Positions 58,666-64,000 of a stretch of DNA of 64,000 nucleotides are shown here, piece by piece (position 1 is the first letter of the stretch; each line of letters begins with the position of its first letter). Source of the DNA: Gemmatimonadaceae bacterium (GTDB lineage: Bacteria; Gemmatimonadota; Gemmatimonadetes; Gemmatimonadales; Gemmatimonadaceae); the NCBI GenBank assembly GCA_040901985.1, contig JBBDYC010000014.1, forward strand, positions 3,769-67,768, written 5' to 3'. The notes under the pieces were generated by a model. The model was not told the DNA's origin. It made no database searches and saw only the letters and a program-made list of their open reading frames with translations. Position numbers and translations under genes: made by a program.

Positions 58666-59165
58666 TGGCCGAGTTCATCGGCGTCCCCTCCGGCGCCGGG
58701 CGCCGGGTGGCCATCGTCGCCAGCCGGTTCAACGGCAGCATCACGCAGCGGCTCGCCGACGGCGCCACCGAGGCGTGCCTGAAGCACGGCGCACGCCTCG
58801 AGGACGTTGACGTGATCTGGGTGCCGGGCGCCTGGGAGCTGCCGGTGGCCGTGGCGCACGCACTGCAGACCGAACGCTACGACGCCTGCGTCGCGGTGGG
58901 TGCCGTGGTGCGGGGCGAGACGCCGCACTTCGACATCGTGGCCGGCGAGGCGGCGCGCGGCCTGGCGCTGCTGCAGGGGGAGTTCGGCGTGCCGATCGGG
59001 CTCGGCCTGCTGACCTGCGACACCATCGAACAGGCCGAGGCGCGCGCCGGCGGCGCCCACGGCAACAAGGGTTGGGACGCGGCGGTCGCCGCGCTCGAGA
59101 TGGCCGACCTCTTCTCGCGGCTCGACCAGATGCACGCGGAGGGGGACGATGCCGGCGCGGATTGA
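58665..59165 (+). CDS. ribH: Lumazine synthase
   Basis: 'SRFN', 'VPGAWELP', 'RGETPHF', 'NKG'. Confidence 0.96.
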   Translation: MAEFIGVPSGAGRRVAIVASRFNGSITQRLADGATEACLKHGARLEDVDVIWVPGAWELPVAVAHALQTERYDACVAVGAVVRGETPHFDIVAGEAARGLALLQGEFGVPIGLGLLTCDTIEQAEARAGGAHGNKGWDAAVAALEMADLFSRLDQMHAEGDDAGAD

Positions 59166-59571
59166 GACGCGTGCGCGCGCCCGGGCCCTGCAGGCACTCT
59201 ACGCGTGGGATGTGCGGAAGGATCCGGCCGGGATGGAACGGATCGCCGAGCTGGTCTGGGACGACCTCGCGGTGCCGGCGCCGGAGCGGGCGTTCGCGAG
59301 CGCGCTCGTGCGGTTGATCGCCGCCGAGCGGCCGGCGATGGACGCCGAGCTCGCCGAGGTGACGACCAACTGGCGTCTCGAGCGCCTGGGCAACGTCGAG
59401 CGCTGCGTCCTTCGGCTCGGCGCCGCCGAGCTGATGCAGGGGGCCACCCCGCCGCGCGTCGTGATCCAGGAGTACGTGCGGCTGGCCGAGCGATTCGGGT
59501 CGGGTCCGAGCGCCCGGTTCGTGAATGGCGTGCTCGACGCGCTCGCGCGACGAATGGGCCGCCTCGCGTGA
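59149..59571 (+). CDS. nusB: Transcription antitermination factor NusB
   Basis: 'RARALQALY', 'W.LERL..VER.VLR', 'FVNGVLD'. Confidence 0.95.
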   Translation: MPARIETRARARALQALYAWDVRKDPAGMERIAELVWDDLAVPAPERAFASALVRLIAAERPAMDAELAEVTTNWRLERLGNVERCVLRLGAAELMQGATPPRVVIQEYVRLAERFGSGPSARFVNGVLDALARRMGRLA

Positions 59572-60674
59572 GGATCGTCGCGATCAACTGGCAGGACCTC
59601 GACAACCCGCTGGGCGGCGGGGCCGAGATCCACCTGCAGGAGATCCTCGAGCGGCTGGTGGCCTTCGGCCACGAGATTGTGCTCCTCTGCGGCGGCTGGA
59701 CGGGGTGTCCGCCGCGCGGCGAGCGCCGCGGCGTCGAGATCCACCGCGTCGGCACCCGACAGACCTTTCCGTTCCACGTCCGCTCGTACTGGGAGCGGCA
59801 TCTCCGGCCGCGATCGCCCGATCTCCTCCTCGAGGACATCAACAAGGTGCCGCTCTACACCACGCGGTGGGGCGCACGGCGCGTGGTGGCGCTGGTACCA
59901 CATCTCTTTGGCGCCACCGCGTTCCAGGAGCTCAACCCACTCCTGGCGACCGCCGTCTGGCTCGCCGAGCGCCCGCTGGCGCGCCTCTACCGCGACGTGC
60001 CCTTCCAGGCGATCAGCGCGAGCACCGCCGCCGACCTCGTGGCGCGCGGCATCGCGCCCGAGCGCGTCGTGGTGATCCCGCCGGGCGTGGACGCGGCGTA
60101 TTACACGCCCGATCCGGCCCGCCGCACCGCCACACCGACGGTGGCCTATCTCGGCCGGCTCAAGAAGTACAAGGGCGTGGACCTGGTCATCAGGGCCTTT
60201 GCCCGGATGGGGCGCGCGGATGCCGTCCTGGAGATCGCCGGGGCGGGAGACCACCGGCCGGCACTCGAGGCGCTGGTGGCGTCGCTTGACCTTGGTTCGC
60301 GCGTGCGGTTTCTTGGCTTCGTGACCGAGCCGGAGAAGCTCGCGCTGCTCCGGCGGTCCTGGGCGGTGGCGCTGGCCTCGCCGAAGGAAGGATGGGGACT
60401 GACGAACGTCGAGGCGGAGGCGTGCGGCACCCCGGTGGTGGCGTCGGATTCTCCGGGAATCCGCGAGTCGGTCCGGCACGGGGAGACGGGGTTCCTGGTG
60501 CCGCACGGGGACGTGGCGGCAATGGCCGCCGCGTTCGAGCGGTTGGCCGCCTCGCCGGCGCTGGTGGCGGAGATGGGAGCGAAGGCCCGCGCCTTTGCCG
60601 AGTCGTTCACGTGGGACCGCTGCGCGCGCGCGACCGAAGCGCACCTACGGCAAGTGACCAGCCACGGAGGGTAG
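59568..60674 (+). CDS. GT4-family glycosyltransferase
   Basis: 'GGAE', 'GRLKKYKG', 'EGWGL...EA.ACGTPVV'. Confidence 0.93.
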   Translation: MRIVAINWQDLDNPLGGGAEIHLQEILERLVAFGHEIVLLCGGWTGCPPRGERRGVEIHRVGTRQTFPFHVRSYWERHLRPRSPDLLLEDINKVPLYTTRWGARRVVALVPHLFGATAFQELNPLLATAVWLAERPLARLYRDVPFQAISASTAADLVARGIAPERVVVIPPGVDAAYYTPDPARRTATPTVAYLGRLKKYKGVDLVIRAFARMGRADAVLEIAGAGDHRPALEALVASLDLGSRVRFLGFVTEPEKLALLRRSWAVALASPKEGWGLTNVEAEACGTPVVASDSPGIRESVRHGETGFLVPHGDVAAMAAAFERLAASPALVAEMGAKARAFAESFTWDRCARATEAHLRQVTSHGG

Positions 60675-60714
60675 CCCCGGTGGAGATTGTCTTTCGCGCG
60701 CCGCTGAGCCGACC

Positions 60715-61683
60715 ATGGCCGAACTGACGGTCGGCGCGCTCTACGAGCGGCTCAAGGACATCCTCCAGCTCGAGCTGCTGGGGAGTCCCGAGGGGCTCGC
60801 GCGCCCTGTCGAGACCGACGATGCATCGGGCCCTGGGCTGGTCCTCGCCGGCTACACCGGGCGCTTCGTCCACCAGCGCCTGCAAGTGTTGGGCGAGACC
60901 GAGATCAGCTATCTGCACTCCTTGCCCGCCGCCGAGCGTGACCGCAATCTCGGCGCGTTCTTCTCGTATCCGATTCCCTGCGTGATGGTGACGAAGGGGC
61001 TTGACCTGCCGAAGGGGATGGAGGCGATGGCGAAAAAGGCGGGGATCGCGATCCTCCGCTCGTCGCTCAAGACGCAGGAGTTCTACCAACGGCTCGGCCC
61101 CTTCCTCGAGGACGCCTTTGCGCCGACCACCAACCTGCACGGATCGCTCGCGGACGTCTACGGCGTCGGATTGCTCTTCACCGGCGTGAGCGGAATCGGG
61201 AAGTCGGAATGCGTGCTCGACCTCGTGGAACGGGGGCATCGGCTCGTCGCCGACGACGTGGTGATCGCGCGGCGGAAGAGCGCCGATGTGCTGATCGGTA
61301 TCGGGCACCCGCTGCAGCGGCACTTCATGGAGATCCGCGGTGTCGGTCTCATTGACGTCCGGGCGATCTTCGGCATCCGGGCGGTGCGCCAGCAGAAGCG
61401 GATCGAGGTCGTGGTGGTGCTCCAGGCGTGGAAGGAGGGGATGCCGGTGGAGCGGACCGGGCTCGAGCGCGACACGATCGAGATCCTTGGCGTGGAGATC
61501 CCGCGGCTGACGGTGCCGCTGAATCCGGGGAAGAACATCACCGTGGTGGCCGAGGTGATTGCGATGAACCACCTCCTCCTCTACAGCGGCGAGGACCCGG
61601 CGCACAGCTTCAACGAGCGCCTCAAGGGCCATCTGCGGGCGAAGGCGGACGTCCAACGGTACCTGCTCGATGACACCGAATAG
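60715..61683 (+). CDS. hprK: HPr kinase/phosphorylase
   Basis: 'HG...V.G.G....G.SGIGKSE..L.L..RGHRLVADD', 'EIRGVG'. Confidence 0.96.
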   Translation: MAELTVGALYERLKDILQLELLGSPEGLARPVETDDASGPGLVLAGYTGRFVHQRLQVLGETEISYLHSLPAAERDRNLGAFFSYPIPCVMVTKGLDLPKGMEAMAKKAGIAILRSSLKTQEFYQRLGPFLEDAFAPTTNLHGSLADVYGVGLLFTGVSGIGKSECVLDLVERGHRLVADDVVIARRKSADVLIGIGHPLQRHFMEIRGVGLIDVRAIFGIRAVRQQKRIEVVVVLQAWKEGMPVERTGLERDTIEILGVEIPRLTVPLNPGKNITVVAEVIAMNHLLLYSGEDPAHSFNERLKGHLRAKADVQRYLLDDTE

Positions 61684-62050
61684 CGCGCGGGCGCTGGTGA
61701 TGGGGCACGGGGAGTTTGCCGCCGGGATGATCTCGGCGGTGGAGCAGATTGCCGGCCGCGGCGACGCGTTCGTGACACTGGGGAACAGCGGCCTCTCGCC
61801 CGGCGGGATCGAGTCGCGGCTGCGCGAGGCGCTCGCCGCGTCGGGGGCGCGGGTGATCTTCACCGACCTTCCGGCGGGGAGCTGCACGATGGCGGCGCGG
61901 CGGATCGCCAAGGCGGAGGGCGACATCACCGTCGTCACCGGGGCGACGCTGCCCACGCTGCTCGCCTTCGCGCTCGGCGCCGACGCGCGCGAGGCGGCCG
62001 AGCGCGGCCGCGAGGCACTGCTCGTCGTGGAGGGCGGTGGTGGCACTTGA
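61670..62050 (+). CDS. PTS mannose-family EIIA
   Basis: 'MGHGEFA.G', 'FTDL..GS'. Confidence 0.9.
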   Translation: MTPNSARALVMGHGEFAAGMISAVEQIAGRGDAFVTLGNSGLSPGGIESRLREALAASGARVIFTDLPAGSCTMAARRIAKAEGDITVVTGATLPTLLAFALGADAREAAERGREALLVVEGGGGT

Positions 62051-62531
62051 CCGCTTCCGCATTGATGACCGGCTCATCCACGGGCAGGTCGTCGTGGGGT
62101 GGGGGCAGCCGTGCGGATTGCGATTCCTCGTCCTTGTGGACGACGCGGTGGTGGACTCCGACTGGGAGCGGGAGTTGTATCGGATGGGCGTCCCGCCGGA
62201 GATCGAGATCCGGTTCGATTCGGTCGAGAGTGCGGCACGCCACCTGGAGTCGTACCGCGCGGACCCCCGCACCGGGATGCTCCTCACCAGCGACATCGAG
62301 ACGATGCGGCGGCTCGTGGCGGCGGCGCCGGGAATCCGCGCCGTGACGATTGGCGGCATCCACCACCAGCAGGGACGCACGGAGCGGCTGCGTTACGTGT
62401 TCCTCTCGCCGGAAGACGAGGCGGCGCTGCGCGCGCTCGCGGCGGGCGGCGTGACGGTCATCGCCCAGGATGTGCCGGGCGCCACGCCGGTGGCGCTGGC
62501 GGACATTCTCGCCGGCGGCGGGACGCCCTGA
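62040..62531 (+). CDS. PTS mannose/sorbose-family EIIB
   Basis: 'RIDDRLIHGQV'. Start is at 62037 or 62040. Confidence 0.93.
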   Translation: MALDRFRIDDRLIHGQVVVGWGQPCGLRFLVLVDDAVVDSDWERELYRMGVPPEIEIRFDSVESAARHLESYRADPRTGMLLTSDIETMRRLVAAAPGIRAVTIGGIHHQQGRTERLRYVFLSPEDEAALRALAAGGVTVIAQDVPGATPVALADILAGGGTP

Positions 62532-63223
62532 TGGACGCCGAATGGCTCCAGCTCGTTCCGCTCGCCGTCCTCGGCGCCGTCCTCGGGCTCGACGTCGTGA
62601 GCTTCCCGCAGGCGATGCTCTCGCGGCCGATCGTGGCGGCCACCGCGGCAGGCGCGATGATCGGGCAGCCGGCGCGCGGGCTGGCGATCGGTGTAGCCCT
62701 CGAGTTCTTCGCCCTCGAATCGCTCCCGTTCGGGGCGTCCCGATATCCCGAGTGGGGGTCGGCAGCGGTCGTCGGCGGTGCGCTCTTCGCGATGACCCCC
62801 GACGGCACCGCGGCGGCGATGACGATCTCTGCGCTTGTCGCCCTCCTCACCGCGACGCTCGGCGGGACGTCAATGGTGGGGCTCCGGCGGTGGAACGCGC
62901 GCTGGACGCGGCACCAGCAGGCAGGGATCAACCGCGGCTCGGGGAACACCGTCGTCGGTCTGCAGTTGGCCGGGTTGACCGCCGACCTGCTCCGCGGCGG
63001 CGCACTCACCCTCGGGGCGCTGCTGATCTTCTCCCCATTGCATCGCGCGATGCTGGGGAGCTTCACTTACCCGGCGACCTTCTCCCGCGCGGTGGTGGTG
63101 GCGACTGCGTCGGCGGTCGGGCTTGCCGCGGTCTGGAAGGTTGTCCGGCTGACGGACGGCGCTCGCTGGTGGTTGCTTGCGGGCCTTGCCGTCGGGTTCG
63201 TCCTCGCCGGGGGGATTGCGTGA
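62531..63223 (+). CDS. PTS mannose-family EIIC
   Basis: 'LD....Q.MLSRPIV'; hydrophobic. Confidence 0.88.
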   Translation: MDAEWLQLVPLAVLGAVLGLDVVSFPQAMLSRPIVAATAAGAMIGQPARGLAIGVALEFFALESLPFGASRYPEWGSAAVVGGALFAMTPDGTAAAMTISALVALLTATLGGTSMVGLRRWNARWTRHQQAGINRGSGNTVVGLQLAGLTADLLRGGALTLGALLIFSPLHRAMLGSFTYPATFSRAVVVATASAVGLAAVWKVVRLTDGARWWLLAGLAVGFVLAGGIA

Positions 63224-63975
63224 CGCCGCCGTACCTGCCGTGGCACGCCCGCGCCGCGATCCTCCTCCGCCTGTTGGCGATCCAAGGCGTCTGGAATTAC
63301 GAGATGATGCTCGGCAACGGGATCGCGTTCAGTCTCGAGCCGGCGCTGCGGCGGCTCCCCGGTGGGCGGGGCGGGGCGCCGTACCGCGCCGCGATGGCGA
63401 GGAATAGCGGATACTTCAACGCGCATCCCTATCTGGCCTCGGTGGCGGTCGGCGCACTCGCCCGGGCGGAGCTGGAGGGAATCGGCGAGGAGCAGATCGA
63501 GCGATTCCGCCGCGCCGCGCCCGGCCCGCTCGGGTCGGTCGGCGACCGATTGATTTGGGCCGGCTGGCTGCCGTTCTGCTCGGCGCTCGGCCTCCTCGCG
63601 TTCGGGCTGGGGGTGTCGCCCGCTGGCGTGGTCCTGATCTTTCTCGGATGCTATAACGCGGGCCACCTGGCCCTGCGGATCTGGGGGTTGCACGCCGGGT
63701 GGCGCAATGGGCTTCGCGTGGCGACGGCACTCGGCAACCCGGTGCTGCGCCAGGGGCCGGCGCACCTGGCGCGCGCGACGGCGCTGGTCGCCGGGATGGC
63801 GTTGCCGGTGGCGGCGGCGGGCATCATCGGTCCGGGGCGGGTGCTCCTCGGCGGCGTCCTCGCCGCGGTCGCCGGCGGGGCGGTCGTGATCACGCTGCTC
63901 CACGGCCGGCTCGAGGGATGGCGCCTCGCAACCTTGACGTTGGCCGGATTCGTCCTCTACTCCATGGTGCGCTGA
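63220..63975 (+). CDS. PTS mannose-family EIID
   Basis: 'Q..WNYE.M...G', 'FNAHPY', 'GPLG..GD.L.W'. Confidence 0.92.
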   Translation: MTPPYLPWHARAAILLRLLAIQGVWNYEMMLGNGIAFSLEPALRRLPGGRGGAPYRAAMARNSGYFNAHPYLASVAVGALARAELEGIGEEQIERFRRAAPGPLGSVGDRLIWAGWLPFCSALGLLAFGLGVSPAGVVLIFLGCYNAGHLALRIWGLHAGWRNGLRVATALGNPVLRQGPAHLARATALVAGMALPVAAAGIIGPGRVLLGGVLAAVAGGAVVITLLHGRLEGWRLATLTLAGFVLYSMVR

Positions 63976-64000
63976 TGCCGGAACGGGACGTCGAGGTGGT
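63975..64000 (+). CDS. Probable HPr, 5' end only
   Basis: TGATG overlap; MPERDVEV; position after EIID. Confidence 0.5.

Overview
High-GC bacterial DNA. The paralogous 'RLTAALADRYRIERELG.GGMATVY' Hanks-type kinases suggest Gemmatimonadota (inference). The window has two halves. Positions 1-~32450 form an accessory, remnant-rich region containing: a frameshifted IS30 element; a cluster of intact and broken Ser/Thr kinase genes; a small protein-nucleotidyltransferase pair; an unannotated 39-aa highly basic protein; DUF1800/DUF1501; a translationally coupled ECF sigma / zf-HC2 anti-sigma / membrane-anchored TPR-CHAT (caspase-like) protease module surrounded by exported beta-barrels and Ig-like lipoproteins; a degenerate Mla/Mce-like operon; and an ABC exporter-esterase operon. 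Positions ~32500-64000 are dense housekeeping DNA: asnS, deoC-ALDH, tgt, mazG, alr, deoB, cdd, miaB, comEC, fbp, a B12 mutase subunit, argS, purM, ribD-E-BA-H, nusB, hprK and a mannose-family PTS. The best candidate for an undescribed system is the ECF/anti-sigma/CHAT locus, together with a 35-bp non-coding motif that recurs 23 kb away. No rRNA, tRNA or CRISPR array was seen. All family assignments come from motif recognition by eye, not database searches.
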